Shown one piece after another: positions 44,258 through 56,271 of a stretch of 64,000 nt of DNA. The position numbers and the translations under genes were made by a program. How positions within the stretch are numbered: the stretch's first letter is position 1; each line of letters opens with the position of its first letter. The stretch is from Escherichia phage vB_EcoM_KAW1E185. The notes under the pieces were generated by a model, which ran no database searches, was not told where the DNA came from, and saw only the letters and a list, made by a program, of their open reading frames with translations. The DNA is taken from sequence record NC_054922.1, one strand, 5' to 3'.

Positions 44258-45968
44258 TAACCTTAATTGGTTTGTTGGTGTTGTTGAAGATAGAATGGAC
44301 CCATTAAAATTAGGTCGTGTTCGTGTTCGTGTGGTTGGTTTGCATCCACCCCAAAGAGCACAAGGTGATGTAATGGGTATTCCAACTGAAAAATTACCAT
44401 GGATGTCAGTTATTCAACCTATAACTTCTGCAGCGATGTCAGGAATTGGAGGTTCTGTTACAGGGCCAGTAGAAGGAACTAGAGTTTATGGTCATTTTTT
44501 AGACAAATGGAAAACTAACGGAATTGTCCTTGGCACATATGGTGGAATAGTTCGCGAAAAACCGAATAGACTTGAAGGATTTTCTGACCCAACTGGGCAG
44601 TATCCTAGACGTTTAGGAAATGATACGAACGTATTAAACCAAGGCGGAGAAGTAGGATATGATTCGTCTTCTAACATTATCCAAGATAGTAACTTAGACA
44701 CCGCAATAAATCCCGATGATAGACCACTATCAGAGATTCCAACCGATGATAATCCAAATATGTCAATGGCTGAAATGCTTCGCCGTGATGAAGGATTAAG
44801 ATTAAAAGTTTATTGGGATACCGAAGGATATCCGACAATTGGTATTGGTCATCTTATCATGAAGCAGCCAGTTCGTGATATGGCTCAAATTAATAAAGTT
44901 TTATCAAAACAAGTTGGTCGTGAAATTACTGGAAACCCAGGTTCTATTACAATGGAAGAGGCGACAGCTTTATTTGAGCGTGATTTGGCTGATATGCAAC
45001 GGGACATTAAATCGCATTCTAAAGTTGGCCCAGTTTGGCAGGCAGTTAATCGTTCTCGTCAAATGGCGTTAGAAAATATGGCATTTCAGATGGGTGTTGG
45101 CGGTGTAGCTAAATTTAACACAATGTTAACTGCTATGTTAGCCGGAGATTGGGAAAAAGCATATAAAGCTGGTCGTGATTCATTGTGGTATCAACAAACA
45201 AAAGGCCGTGCATCCCGTGTTACCATGATTATTCTTACGGGAAATTTGGAATCATATGGTGTTGAAGTGAAAACCCCAGCTAGGTCTCTATCAGCAATGG
45301 CTGCTACTGTAGCTAAATCTTCTGACCCTGCTGATCCTCCTATTCCAAATGACTCGAGAATTTTATTCAAAGAACCAGTTTCTTCATATAAAGGTGAATA
45401 TCCTTATGTGCATACAATGGAAACTGAAAGTGGACATATCCAAGAATTTGATGATACCCCTGGGCAAGAACGATACAGATTAGTTCATCCAACTGGAACT
45501 TATGAAGAAGTATCACCGTCAGGAAGAAGAACAAGAAAAACTGTTGATAATTTGTATGATATAACCAACGCTGATGGTAATTTTTTGGTAGCCGGTGATA
45601 AAAAGACTAACGTCGGTGGTTCAGAAATTTATTATAACATGGATAATCGTCTTCACCAAATAGATGGAAGCAATACAATATTTGTACGTGGCGATGAAAC
45701 TAAGACGGTTGAAGGTAATGGAACTATCCTAGTCAAAGGTAATGTTACTATTGTAGTTGAAGGCAATGCTGACATTACAGTTAAAGGAGATGCTACCACT
45801 TTAGTTGAAGGTAATCAAACTAATACAGTAAATGGAAATCTTTCTTGGAAAGTTGCTGGGACAGTTGATTGGGACGTTGGCGGTGATTGGACAGAAAAAA
45901 TGGCATCTATGAGTTCTATTTCATCTGGTCAATACACAATTGATGGATCGAGGATTGACATTGGCTAA
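44241..45968 (+). CDS. 5: Baseplate hub / cell-puncturing protein with lysozyme domain, gp5
   Basis: 575 aa; internal lysozyme-like segment; C-terminal VxGxxxxx beta-helix repeats. Confidence 0.95.
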   Translation: MEMISNNLNWFVGVVEDRMDPLKLGRVRVRVVGLHPPQRAQGDVMGIPTEKLPWMSVIQPITSAAMSGIGGSVTGPVEGTRVYGHFLDKWKTNGIVLGTYGGIVREKPNRLEGFSDPTGQYPRRLGNDTNVLNQGGEVGYDSSSNIIQDSNLDTAINPDDRPLSEIPTDDNPNMSMAEMLRRDEGLRLKVYWDTEGYPTIGIGHLIMKQPVRDMAQINKVLSKQVGREITGNPGSITMEEATALFERDLADMQRDIKSHSKVGPVWQAVNRSRQMALENMAFQMGVGGVAKFNTMLTAMLAGDWEKAYKAGRDSLWYQQTKGRASRVTMIILTGNLESYGVEVKTPARSLSAMAATVAKSSDPADPPIPNDSRILFKEPVSSYKGEYPYVHTMETESGHIQEFDDTPGQERYRLVHPTGTYEEVSPSGRRTRKTVDNLYDITNADGNFLVAGDKKTNVGGSEIYYNMDNRLHQIDGSNTIFVRGDETKTVEGNGTILVKGNVTIVVEGNADITVKGDATTLVEGNQTNTVNGNLSWKVAGTVDWDVGGDWTEKMASMSSISSGQYTIDGSRIDIG

Positions 45969-45978
45969 TATACTTCCA

Positions 45979-46497
45979 ATGAGCGCTGATTTAGGAGAAT
46001 CCATGGAAGGTTCTTCTATCGACGTCACCTTTACCGCTCAATTAGAAACAGGTGAAACGTTAGTATCTATAAATATAACTAGTTACGAAGAAACTCCTGG
46101 AGTTTTAGTAGAAGAAAATCGCTTATATGGAACATATGAATCTGTATTTGGTTTCGGAAATGACGCGTTGAAATATCGTTTAGGCGATGAATTTAAAACT
46201 GCTGCTTCATGGGAAGAACTTCCTACTGATTCTGATACTCAGTTGTATTTGTGGAAAGCTCCTCAAAATCTCCAGAAGACATTCACTTACGAAGTAACAT
46301 TAATATATGACTACCAAGAACAAAGTGAATCTGGAGGTTCTGGCAGTAATTCTAGGTCATCTTCTGATACTACTGAACCGCCAGATCCTCCTGCTCCAGT
46401 AAGAAAAACTCTAGTTAAAAATTACACAAAAACTATAGTTGGAAATTGGAGTCGTTGGGCTAATAAATTGAGAAGCTATGTGTATGAGAGGCCATAA
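45979..46497 (+). CDS. Hypothetical protein in the position of T4 5.1 (172 aa from internal ATG)
   Basis: ORF track 45940-46497; internal start avoids overlap with gene 5. Confidence 0.55.
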
Positions 46498-46791
46498 ATG
46501 TCAGGATTAAGTTATGATAAGTGTGTTACTGCTGGCCATGAAGCATGGCCTCCAACAGTTGTGAATGCTACGCAAAGTAAAGTATTCACTGGAGGAATTG
46601 CTGTTCTCGTAGCAGGCGATCCAATTACAGAACATACAGAAATTAAAAAGCCGTATGAAACACATGGTGGAGTGACACAACCCAGAACTTCTAAGGTATA
46701 TGTCACTGGAAAGAAAGCTGTTCAAATGGCTGATCCAATATCATGCGGTGATACTGTGGCTCAGGCATCATCTAAAGTATTCATTAAATAG
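46498..46791 (+). CDS. 5.4: PAAR-repeat spike tip protein gp5.4
   Basis: 97 aa; sits directly before gene 6. Confidence 0.8.
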
Positions 46792-46799
46792 GATTTAAA

Positions 46800-48782
46800 A
46801 TGGCAAATACCCCTGTAAATTATCAATTAACAAGAACAGCAAATGCTATTCCCGAGATATTCGTCGGGGGTACGTTTGCTGAAATAAAACAAAACCTCAT
46901 TGAATGGCTTAATGGCCAAAATGAATTTTTGGATTATGATTTTGAAGGCTCAAGATTAAACGTTCTGTGTGACCTTTTAGCTTATAATACATTATACATT
47001 CAGCAGTTTGGTAATGCTGCTGTGTATGAAAGCTTTATGCGTACTGCTAACTTACGAAGTTCAGTTGTTCAAGCTGCACAAGATAACGGATATTTACCTA
47101 CTTCAAAATCCGCTGCGCAGACCGAAATTATGTTAACATGCACTGACGCATTGAATAGGAATTACATTACTATTCCTCGCGGAACTCGCTTTTTAGCATA
47201 TGCAAAAGATACTTCTGTTAATCCATATAACTTCGTTTCTACCGAAGACGTTATTGCTATTCGTGATAAAAATAACCAATATTTTCCGCGTTTAAAATTG
47301 GCCCAGGGACGTATAGTAAGAACTGAAATCATTTATGATAAATTAACACCTATTATCATTTATGATAAAAATATTGATAGAAACCAGGTTAAATTATATG
47401 TTGATGGAGCGGAATGGATTAACTGGACGAGAAAGTCAATGGTTCATGCTGGTTCAACATCAACGATTTACTATATGCGTGAAACTATTGATGGAAACAC
47501 TGAATTCTATTTTGGTGAAGGCGAAATTTCTGTTAATGCTTCTGAAGGAGCTTTGACCGCTAATTATATCGGAGGTCTTAAACCTACTCAGAACTCTACG
47601 ATTGTTATTGAGTACATCAGTACTAATGGCGCTGACGCGAACGGAGCAGTCGGATTTTCATACGCAGATACATTAACAAATATAACTGTCATCAATATTA
47701 ATGAAAATCCAAACGACGACCCAGATTTTGTCGGAGCAGATGGCGGTGGTGATCCAGAAGATATTGAACGTATTCGTGAATTGGGTACTATTAAGCGTGA
47801 AACTCAGCAGCGATGCGTAACTGCGACAGATTATGATACATTTGTCTCAGAAAGATTTGGTTCTATTATTCAAGCCGTTCAGACTTTCACTGATTCTACT
47901 AAACCTGGTTATGCATTTATTGCTGCTAAACCTAAATCAGGATTGTATTTAACTACTGTGCAGCGTGAAGATATTAAAAATTATCTCAAAGATTATAATT
48001 TAGCACCTATTACGCCATCAATTATTTCTCCTAATTATCTTTTCATTAAGACTAATTTAAAAGTCACATATGCTTTAAATAAGCTGCAAGAATCTGAACA
48101 GTGGCTTGAAGGTCAAATAATTGATAAAATTGACCGCTATTATACTGAAGATGTAGAAATTTTTAACTCGTCTTTTGCCAAGTCTAAGATGTTGACATAT
48201 GTAGATGATGCAGATCATTCTATCATTGGTTCATCAGCGACTATTCAAATGGTTCGTGAAGTACAAAACTTCTATAAAACGCCTGAAGCGGGTATTAAAT
48301 ACAATAATCAAATAAAAGATCGTTCTATGGAATCTAATACGTTTTCATTTAATTCTGGACGAAAGGTTGTAAATCCTGATACTGGTTTAGAAGAAGATGT
48401 ATTATATGACGTTCGTATAGTATCAACAGACCGAGATTCTAAAGGAATTGGTAAAGTTATTATTGGTCCATTTGCTTCTGGCGATGTTACAGAAAATGAA
48501 AACATTCAGCCGTATACAGGCAACGATTTTAACAAATTAGCAAATTCTGATGGACGCGACAAATATTATGCTATCGGTGAAATAAATTATCCAGCTGACA
48601 TGATTTATTGGAATATCGCTAAAATTAATTTAACATCTGAAAAATTTGAAGTTCAGACTATTGAATTATATTCTGACCCAACCGATGATGTTATCTTTAC
48701 TCGCGATGGTTCACTGATTGTATTTGAAAATGACTTACGTCCACAATACTTAACTATCGATTTGGAGCCTATATCACAATGA
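46800..48782 (+). CDS. 6: Baseplate wedge protein gp6
   Basis: 660 aa, same as T4 gp6. Confidence 0.95.
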   Translation: MANTPVNYQLTRTANAIPEIFVGGTFAEIKQNLIEWLNGQNEFLDYDFEGSRLNVLCDLLAYNTLYIQQFGNAAVYESFMRTANLRSSVVQAAQDNGYLPTSKSAAQTEIMLTCTDALNRNYITIPRGTRFLAYAKDTSVNPYNFVSTEDVIAIRDKNNQYFPRLKLAQGRIVRTEIIYDKLTPIIIYDKNIDRNQVKLYVDGAEWINWTRKSMVHAGSTSTIYYMRETIDGNTEFYFGEGEISVNASEGALTANYIGGLKPTQNSTIVIEYISTNGADANGAVGFSYADTLTNITVININENPNDDPDFVGADGGGDPEDIERIRELGTIKRETQQRCVTATDYDTFVSERFGSIIQAVQTFTDSTKPGYAFIAAKPKSGLYLTTVQREDIKNYLKDYNLAPITPSIISPNYLFIKTNLKVTYALNKLQESEQWLEGQIIDKIDRYYTEDVEIFNSSFAKSKMLTYVDDADHSIIGSSATIQMVREVQNFYKTPEAGIKYNNQIKDRSMESNTFSFNSGRKVVNPDTGLEEDVLYDVRIVSTDRDSKGIGKVIIGPFASGDVTENENIQPYTGNDFNKLANSDGRDKYYAIGEINYPADMIYWNIAKINLTSEKFEVQTIELYSDPTDDVIFTRDGSLIVFENDLRPQYLTIDLEPISQ

Positions 48783-51700
48783 CAGTAAAAGCACCTTCAG
48801 TCACTAGTCTCAGAATTTCCAAGTTATCCGCAAATCAGGTGCAAGTACGCTGGGATGACGTTGGTGCTAATTTCTACTATTTTGTAGAAATCGCTGAGAC
48901 AAAAACAGACTCGGGGGAAAAACTCCCGAGTAATCAATATCGTTGGATTAATTTAGGATATACTGCAAATAACAGCTTCTTTTTTGATGATGCTGATCCA
49001 TTAACAACATACATTATTAGAGTAGCCACAGCTGCGCAAGATTTTGAGCAGTCTGATTGGATTTATACCGAAGAGTTTGAAACTTTTGCTACAAATGCTT
49101 ATACATTTCAAAACATGATTGAAATGCAATTAGCCAATAAATTCATTCAGGAAAAATTTACTCTTAATAATTCTGATTATGTTAATTTTAATAATGACAC
49201 TATAATGGCTGCATTGATGAATGAATCGTTTCAATTCAGCCCATCATATGTTGATGTTTCATCAATAAGTAATTTTATTATTGGTGAAAATGAGTATCAT
49301 GAAATACAAGGTTCTATTCAGCAAGTATGTAAGGATATTAACCGCGTTTATTTGATGGAATCAGAAGGGATTCTATATCTTTTTGAGCGTTATCAACCTA
49401 TAGTTAAAGTATCTAATGATAAAGGACAAACCTGGAAAGCTGTGAAGCTCTTCAATGACCGTGTAGGATATCCTTTATCTAAGACAGTATATTACCAATC
49501 TGCGAACACTACATACGTTCTAGGATACGACAAGATTTTCTATGGCCGCAAATCTACTGATGTTAGATGGTCAGCTGATGATGTCAGATTTAGTTCTCAG
49601 GATATAACATTTGCTAAACTTGGCGACCAATTACATCTAGGATTTGATGTAGAAATTTTTGCCACTTACGCGACTTTGCCAGCGAATGTATACCGCATTG
49701 CAGAAGCTATTACTTGCACCGATGATTACATTTACGTTGTCGCCAGAGACAAAGTTAGATACATAAAAACGAGTAATGCACCTATAGATTCTGATCCATT
49801 ATCTCCAACATATTCGGAAAGACTTTTTGAACCTGATACCATGACTATAACCGGAAATCCTAAAGCAGTATGCTATAAAATGGATTCTATCGGTGATAAA
49901 GTTTTTGCTCTTATTATTGGTGAAGTTGAAACATTAAATGCTAATCCTAGAACATCAAAAATAATTGATTCCGCTGATAAAGGAATATATGTTTTAAATC
50001 ATGACGAAAAAACATGGAAAAGAGTTTTTGGTAATACTGAAGAAGAAAGAAGACGTATTCAACCCGGATATGCGAATATGTCAACTGACGGTAAATTAGT
50101 TTCTCTGTCTTCGAGTAATTTTAAATTTTTAAGTGATAATGTTGTTAATGACCCTGAAACTGTGGTGAAATATCAGTTAATCGGTGCTGTTAAATATGAA
50201 TTTCCTCGTGAATGGTTAGCTGATAAGCATTATCATATGATGGCATTTATAGCGGATGAAAAATCTGATTGGGAAACTTTTACGCCTCAGCCAATGAAAT
50301 ACTACGCAGAACCGTTCTTTAACTGGTCTAAAAAATCTAACACACGTTGTTGGATAAACAACTCTGATAGAGCTGTAGTAGTTTATGCTGATTTAAAATA
50401 CACCAAAGTTATAGAAAATATTCCGGAAACATCACCAGATAGATTAGTTCATGAATACTGGGATGATGGTGATTGCACTATAGTAATGCCAAATGTTAAA
50501 TTCACTGGATTTAAAAAATATGCGTCTGGGATGCTTTTCTATAAAGCCTCCGGCGAAATAATTTCTTACTATGATTTTAACTATCGTGTGAGAGATACAG
50601 TAGAAATTATTTGGAAGCCAACTGAAGTATTTTTAAAAGCATTTTTACAAAACCAAGAGCATGAGACTCCTTGGTCACCAGAAGAAGAGCGTGGATTAGC
50701 TGACCCTGATTTAAGACCATTAATTGGCACAATGATGCCTGATTCTTATTTGTTACAGGATTCGAATTTTGAAGCATTTTGCGAAGCATATATTCAATAT
50801 CTTTCTGATGGATACGGAACTCAGTATAACAATTTACGAAATTTAATTCGTAACCAATATCCACGAGAAGAGCATGCATGGGAATATTTGTGGTCAGAGA
50901 TATATAAAAGAAACATTTATTTAAATGCTGATAAACGTGATGCTGTTGCGAGATTCTTTGAATCGCGTAGCTATGATTTTTATTCTACTAAAGGAATTGA
51001 AGCATCATACAAGTTTCTTTTTAAAGTTCTTTATAATGAAGAAGTTGAAATTGAAATTGAATCTGGGGCTGGTACTGAATATGACATAATCGTTCAATCT
51101 GATTCTTTGACTGAAGATTTAGTAGGACAAACGATTTATACGGCAACAGGAAGATGTAATGTTACTTATATAGAAAGAAGCTATTCTAATGGTAAATTGC
51201 AATGGACCGTAACTATTCATAATCTTTTAGGACGATTAATTGCTGGTCAAGAAGTTAAAGCAGAAAGACTCCCTAGTTTTGAAGGCGAAATTATTCGTGG
51301 GGTTAAAGGAAAGGATTTGCTTCAAAACAATATAGACTATATTAATAGAAGTAGATCATACTATGTAATGAAAATTAAATCCAATTTACCTTCTTCTCGT
51401 TGGAAATCTGACGTTATTCGTTTTGTTCATCCAGTAGGATTTGGATTTATAGCAATTACTCTTTTAACTATGTTTATTAATGTTGGTTTAACTCTTAAAC
51501 ATACAGAGACTATAATTAATAAATACAAAAACTATAAATGGGATTCTGGATTGCCTACTGAATATGCTGATAGAGTAGCTAAATTGACTCCAACTGGTGA
51601 AATTGAGCATGATTCAGTAACAGGCGAAGCAATTTATGAGCCTGGCCCAATGGCTGGTGTAGAATACCCTCTTCCTGATGACTATAATGCTGAAAATAAC

Positions 51701-51877
51701 AATTCAATATTTCAAGGTCAATTGCCGTCTGAACGACGTAAATTAATGAGTCCTCTATTTGACGCATCTGGAACAACATTTGCGCAATTTAGAGATTTAG
51801 TTGATAAACGTCTAAAAGATAATATAGGAAATCCAAGAGACCCTGAAAATCCAACACAGGTTAAAATAGATGAATGA
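48779..51877 (+). CDS. 7: Baseplate wedge protein gp7
   Basis: 1032 aa, same as T4 gp7. Confidence 0.95.
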   Translation: MTVKAPSVTSLRISKLSANQVQVRWDDVGANFYYFVEIAETKTDSGEKLPSNQYRWINLGYTANNSFFFDDADPLTTYIIRVATAAQDFEQSDWIYTEEFETFATNAYTFQNMIEMQLANKFIQEKFTLNNSDYVNFNNDTIMAALMNESFQFSPSYVDVSSISNFIIGENEYHEIQGSIQQVCKDINRVYLMESEGILYLFERYQPIVKVSNDKGQTWKAVKLFNDRVGYPLSKTVYYQSANTTYVLGYDKIFYGRKSTDVRWSADDVRFSSQDITFAKLGDQLHLGFDVEIFATYATLPANVYRIAEAITCTDDYIYVVARDKVRYIKTSNAPIDSDPLSPTYSERLFEPDTMTITGNPKAVCYKMDSIGDKVFALIIGEVETLNANPRTSKIIDSADKGIYVLNHDEKTWKRVFGNTEEERRRIQPGYANMSTDGKLVSLSSSNFKFLSDNVVNDPETVVKYQLIGAVKYEFPREWLADKHYHMMAFIADEKSDWETFTPQPMKYYAEPFFNWSKKSNTRCWINNSDRAVVVYADLKYTKVIENIPETSPDRLVHEYWDDGDCTIVMPNVKFTGFKKYASGMLFYKASGEIISYYDFNYRVRDTVEIIWKPTEVFLKAFLQNQEHETPWSPEEERGLADPDLRPLIGTMMPDSYLLQDSNFEAFCEAYIQYLSDGYGTQYNNLRNLIRNQYPREEHAWEYLWSEIYKRNIYLNADKRDAVARFFESRSYDFYSTKGIEASYKFLFKVLYNEEVEIEIESGAGTEYDIIVQSDSLTEDLVGQTIYTATGRCNVTYIERSYSNGKLQWTVTIHNLLGRLIAGQEVKAERLPSFEGEIIRGVKGKDLLQNNIDYINRSRSYYVMKIKSNLPSSRWKSDVIRFVHPVGFGFIAITLLTMFINVGLTLKHTETIINKYKNYKWDSGLPTEYADRVAKLTPTGEIEHDSVTGEAIYEPGPMAGVEYPLPDDYNAENNNSIFQGQLPSERRKLMSPLFDASGTTFAQFRDLVDKRLKDNIGNPRDPENPTQVKIDE

Positions 51878-52874
51878 TTCAAGTGTTATCTATCGTGCGA
51901 TAGTTACTTCAAAATTTAGAACAGAAAAAATGTTGAATTTTTATAATTCAATTGGAAGTGGTCCGGATAAAAACACTATCTTTATCACATTTGGAAGATC
52001 AGAACCGTGGTCATCAAATGAAAATGAGGTGGGCTTTGCCCCACCTTATCCAACCGATTCTGTATTAGGCGTAACTGACATGTGGACGCATATGATGGGA
52101 ACAGTAAAGGTTCTTCCATCAATGCTTGATGCTGTTATTCCTCGCAGAGATTGGGGAGATACTAGATATCCGGATCCATACACATTTAGAATTAACGATA
52201 TTGTAGTGTGTAACTCAGCTCCTTACAATGCTACTGAATCAGGCGCAGGCTGGTTAGTATATCGTTGTTTAGATGTTCCTGATACTGGAATGTGTTCAAT
52301 AACATCTTTAACTGATAAGGATGAATGCCTCAAATTAGGTGGAAAATGGACTCCTTCTGCTAGGTCAATGACTCCGCCTGAAGGCCGAGGAGATGCTGAA
52401 GGAACAATTGAACCAGGAGACGGGTATGTGTGGGAATATCTATTTGAGATTCCGCCTGATGTATCTATAAATAGATGCACGAATGAATATATCGTGGTTC
52501 CTTGGCCTGAGGAATTAAAAGAAGACCCGACTAGATGGGGATATGAAGACAATCTCACTTGGCAACAAGATGATTTTGGATTAATTTACCGTGTTAAGGC
52601 AAATACTATTCGTTTTAAAGCATATTTAGATTCAGTTTATTTTCCTGAAGCTGCATTGCCAGGAAATAAAGGATTTAGACAAATATCAATAATCACGAAT
52701 CCTCTTGAAGCTAAAGCTCATCCAAATGACCCAAACGTTAAAGCTGAAAAGGATTATTATGATCCGGAAGATTTAATGAGGCATTCGGGCGAAATGATTT
52801 ATATGGAAAATAGGCCACCTATTATTATGGCAATGGATCAAACAGAAGAAATCAATATTCTGTTTACATTTTAA
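51870..52874 (+). CDS. 8: Baseplate wedge protein gp8
   Basis: 334 aa, same as T4 gp8. Confidence 0.95.
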   Translation: MNDSSVIYRAIVTSKFRTEKMLNFYNSIGSGPDKNTIFITFGRSEPWSSNENEVGFAPPYPTDSVLGVTDMWTHMMGTVKVLPSMLDAVIPRRDWGDTRYPDPYTFRINDIVVCNSAPYNATESGAGWLVYRCLDVPDTGMCSITSLTDKDECLKLGGKWTPSARSMTPPEGRGDAEGTIEPGDGYVWEYLFEIPPDVSINRCTNEYIVVPWPEELKEDPTRWGYEDNLTWQQDDFGLIYRVKANTIRFKAYLDSVYFPEAALPGNKGFRQISIITNPLEAKAHPNDPNVKAEKDYYDPEDLMRHSGEMIYMENRPPIIMAMDQTEEINILFTF

Positions 52875-52879
52875 ATTAA

Positions 52880-52905
52880 GGGAGCCCATGGGCTCCCTTT
52901 TTCTT
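52880..52905 (+). terminator. Intrinsic terminator after gene 8
   Basis: GGGAGCCC-AU-GGGCUCCC followed by UUUUUCUUU. Confidence 0.7.
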
Positions 52906-52913
52906 TATAAATA
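52906..52913 (+). promoter_or_regulatory. T4 late promoter for gene 9
   Basis: TATAAATA 24 nt upstream of ATG. Confidence 0.7.
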
Positions 52914-52937
52914 CTATAAACTCATAAGGAAACCGCT

Positions 52938-53804
52938 ATGTTCATTCAAGAACCAAAGAAATTGATTGATACCGGCGAAATTGGTAACGCTTCTACTGGT
53001 GATATCTTATTCGACGGTGGTAATAAAATTAATAGTGATTTTAACGCAATTTATAATGCGTTTGGCGATCAGCGTAAAATGGCAGTAGCAAATGGCACTG
53101 GAGCAGATGGTCAAATTATCCATGCTACTGGATATTATCAAAAACACTCTATTACAGAGTACGCAACTCCAGTGAAAGTTGGCACTAGACATGATATTGA
53201 TACCTCTACTGTAGGTGTTAAAGTTATCATTGAAAGAGGCGAACTCGGCGACTGTGTTGAATTTATTAACTCAAATGGATCAATATCAGTTACTAATCCT
53301 TTAACAATTCAAGCTATTGATTCAATTAAAGGTGTTTCGGGTAATTTAGTAGTAACTAGCCCATATAGTAAAGTTACTTTACGCTGTATTTCATCTGATA
53401 ATTCTACTTCGGTTTGGAATTATTCTATTGAAAGTATGTTTGGACAAAAGGAATCACCAGCTGAAGGTACATGGAATATTTCTACATCTGGATCAGTTGA
53501 CATTCCATTATTTCATCGCACTGAATACAATATGGCTAAATTGCTAGTTACGTGCCAATCGGTAGATGGAAGAAAAATTAAAACAGCAGAAATAAATATT
53601 CTTGTGGATACTGTTAATTCAGAGGTAATTTCTTCTGAATATGCTGTCATGCGAGTTGGGAATGAAACCGAAGAAGACGAAATCGCTAATATTGCATTTA
53701 GTATTAAAGAAAACTATGTAACGGCGACTATAAGTTCTTCAACTGTCGGTATGAGAGCAGCAGTTAAAGTTATCGCTACGCAGAAAATCGGGGTGGCTCA
53801 ATAA
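52938..53804 (+). CDS. 9: Baseplate protein gp9 (long tail fibre socket)
   Basis: 288 aa, same as T4 gp9. Confidence 0.95.
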   Translation: MFIQEPKKLIDTGEIGNASTGDILFDGGNKINSDFNAIYNAFGDQRKMAVANGTGADGQIIHATGYYQKHSITEYATPVKVGTRHDIDTSTVGVKVIIERGELGDCVEFINSNGSISVTNPLTIQAIDSIKGVSGNLVVTSPYSKVTLRCISSDNSTSVWNYSIESMFGQKESPAEGTWNISTSGSVDIPLFHRTEYNMAKLLVTCQSVDGRKIKTAEINILVDTVNSEVISSEYAVMRVGNETEEDEIANIAFSIKENYVTATISSSTVGMRAAVKVIATQKIGVAQ

Positions 53805-55612
53805 TGAAACAAAATATTAATATCGGTAATGTTGTAGATGATGGTACCGGTGACTACCTGCGTAAAGGTGGTATAAAAATAAATGAAAACTTTGATGAGC
53901 TTTATTATGAACTCGGTGATGGTGATGTTCCATATTCAGCCGGTGCCTGGAAAACTTATAATGCTTCATCAGGACAAACATTAACAGCAGAATGGGGAAA
54001 ATCATACGCTATTAATACATCTTCTGGAAGAGTGACTATAAATCTTCCAAAGGGTACAGTTAATGATTACAACAAGGTAATTAGAGCTAGAGACGTATTT
54101 GCTACATGGAACGTCAACCCAGTTACACTAGTAGCTGCTTCCGGCGATACGATTAAAGGGTCTGCAGTGCCAGTTGAAATTAATGTTCAATTCAGCGATT
54201 TAGAACTAGTGTATTGTGCCCCAGGACGTTGGGAATATGTCAAAAATAAACAAATCGACAAAATTACCAGTTCAGACATTAGTAATGTAGCTCGCAAAGA
54301 ATTTTTAGTTGAAGTTCAAGGACAAACGGACTTTTTAGATGTTTTCCGTGGAACTAGTTATAATGTAAATAACATCAGAGTAAAACATCGCGGTAACGAA
54401 TTGTATTACGGTGATGTGTTTAGCGAAAACAGTGATTTTGGCTCTCCGGGCGAAAATGAAGGAGAACTAGTTCCTCTTGATGGATTTAATATTCGATTAA
54501 GACAGCCTTGTAATATTGGTGACACTGTTCAAATTGAAACATTTATGGATGGTGTATCGCAGTGGAGAAGTTCATATACAAGACGTCAAATTAGATTGTT
54601 AGATTCAAAATTAACGTCAAAAACTTCTTTAGAAGGAAGTATTTACGTTACTGATTTATCAACAATGAAATCAATTCCATTTTCTGCTTTTGGATTAATT
54701 CCAGGAGAACCTATTAATCCTAACTCTCTTGAGGTTCGTTTTAATGGAATTTTACAAGAATTGGCTGGAACAGTTGGAATGCCATTATTTCACTGTGTTG
54801 GTGCCGATTCAGACGATGAAGTAGAATGCTCTGTTTTAGGTGGAACTTGGGAACAATCTCATACCGATTATTCAATTGAAACTGATGAAAACGGCATACC
54901 GGAAATTTTACATTTCGATAGAGTATTTGAGCATGGTGACATTATCAATATCACCTGGTTTAATAATGATTTAGGCACATTATTAACAAAAGACGAGATT
55001 ATTGATGAAACTGATAATCTTTATGTATCTCAAGGACCGGGAGTAGATATTTCTGGTGATGTAAATTTAACAGACTTCGATAAAATTGGTTGGCCAAATG
55101 TAGAAGCAGTTCAATCTTATCAACGCGAATTTAATGCTGTTTCAAATATCTTTGATACGATTTATCCTATTGGAACTATATATGAAAACGCTGTTAATCC
55201 AAACAACCCTGTTACATATATGGGATTCGGCTCATGGAAATTATTTGGGCAAGGAAAAGTTTTAGTTGGATGGAATGAAGATATTTCGGACCCTAACTTT
55301 GCTCTAAATAACAACGATTTAGATTCGGGTGGAAATCCTTCACATACTGCAGGTGGAACAGGTGGTTCTACTTCTGTTACATTGGAAAATGCTAATCTTC
55401 CTGCAACTGAAACAGATGAAGAAGTTCTAATAGTTGATGAAAATGGATCAGTCATTGTTGGTGGGTGTCAATACGATCCAGATGAATCCGGTCCAATTTA
55501 CACTAAATACCGTGAAGCTAAAGCATCTACTAACTCTACTCACACTCCGCCAACATCAATAACTAACATTCAACCATATATTACAGTTTATCGTTGGATA
55601 AGGATTGCATAA
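53804..55612 (+). CDS. 10: Baseplate wedge protein gp10
   Basis: 602 aa, same as T4 gp10. Confidence 0.95.
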   Translation: MKQNINIGNVVDDGTGDYLRKGGIKINENFDELYYELGDGDVPYSAGAWKTYNASSGQTLTAEWGKSYAINTSSGRVTINLPKGTVNDYNKVIRARDVFATWNVNPVTLVAASGDTIKGSAVPVEINVQFSDLELVYCAPGRWEYVKNKQIDKITSSDISNVARKEFLVEVQGQTDFLDVFRGTSYNVNNIRVKHRGNELYYGDVFSENSDFGSPGENEGELVPLDGFNIRLRQPCNIGDTVQIETFMDGVSQWRSSYTRRQIRLLDSKLTSKTSLEGSIYVTDLSTMKSIPFSAFGLIPGEPINPNSLEVRFNGILQELAGTVGMPLFHCVGADSDDEVECSVLGGTWEQSHTDYSIETDENGIPEILHFDRVFEHGDIINITWFNNDLGTLLTKDEIIDETDNLYVSQGPGVDISGDVNLTDFDKIGWPNVEAVQSYQREFNAVSNIFDTIYPIGTIYENAVNPNNPVTYMGFGSWKLFGQGKVLVGWNEDISDPNFALNNNDLDSGGNPSHTAGGTGGSTSVTLENANLPATETDEEVLIVDENGSVIVGGCQYDPDESGPIYTKYREAKASTNSTHTPPTSITNIQPYITVYRWIRIA

Positions 55613-56271
55613 TGAGTTTACTTAATAATAAAGCGGGAGTTATTTCCCGCTTAGCCGATTTTCTTGGTTTTAGACCTAAAGCTGGTAATATAGATGTAAT
55701 GAATCGTCAATCAGTTGGGTCAGTGACAATTTCTCAATTAGCGAAAGGATTTTATGAACCAAACGTAGAATCAGCTATTAATGATGTTCATAATTTTTCT
55801 ATAAAAGACGTTGGTACAATTATTACTAATAAAACTGGTGTTTCTCCTGAGGGTGTTTCTCAAACCGATTATTGGGCATTTTCTGGAACTGTAACAGACG
55901 ATTCTCTTCCTCCGGGTTCTCCTGTTACGGTATTAGTATTTGGTCTTCCAGTTTCAGCAACTACTGGAATGACGGCAATTGAGTTTGTTGCAAAAGTTCG
56001 TGTTGCCCTTCAAGAAGCTATTGCGTCATTTACTGCTATTAACTCATATAAAGACCATCCAACAGATGGTAGTAAATTAGAAGTTACTTATTTAGATAAT
56101 CAAAAACATGTATTAAGCACATATTCTACATATGGAATAACTATTTCACAGGAAATTATTTCTGAGTCTAAACCTGGCTACGGTACATGGAATTTATTAG
56201 GCGCACAAACTGTAACTTTAGATAATCAGCAGACTCCTACAGTATTTTATCATTTTGAGAGAACAGCATGA
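55612..56271 (+). CDS. 11: Baseplate wedge protein gp11 (short tail fibre connector)
   Basis: 219 aa from MSLLNNKAG; ATG overlaps gene 10 stop. Confidence 0.9.
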   Translation: MSLLNNKAGVISRLADFLGFRPKAGNIDVMNRQSVGSVTISQLAKGFYEPNVESAINDVHNFSIKDVGTIITNKTGVSPEGVSQTDYWAFSGTVTDDSLPPGSPVTVLVFGLPVSATTGMTAIEFVAKVRVALQEAIASFTAINSYKDHPTDGSKLEVTYLDNQKHVLSTYSTYGITISQEIISESKPGYGTWNLLGAQTVTLDNQQTPTVFYHFERTA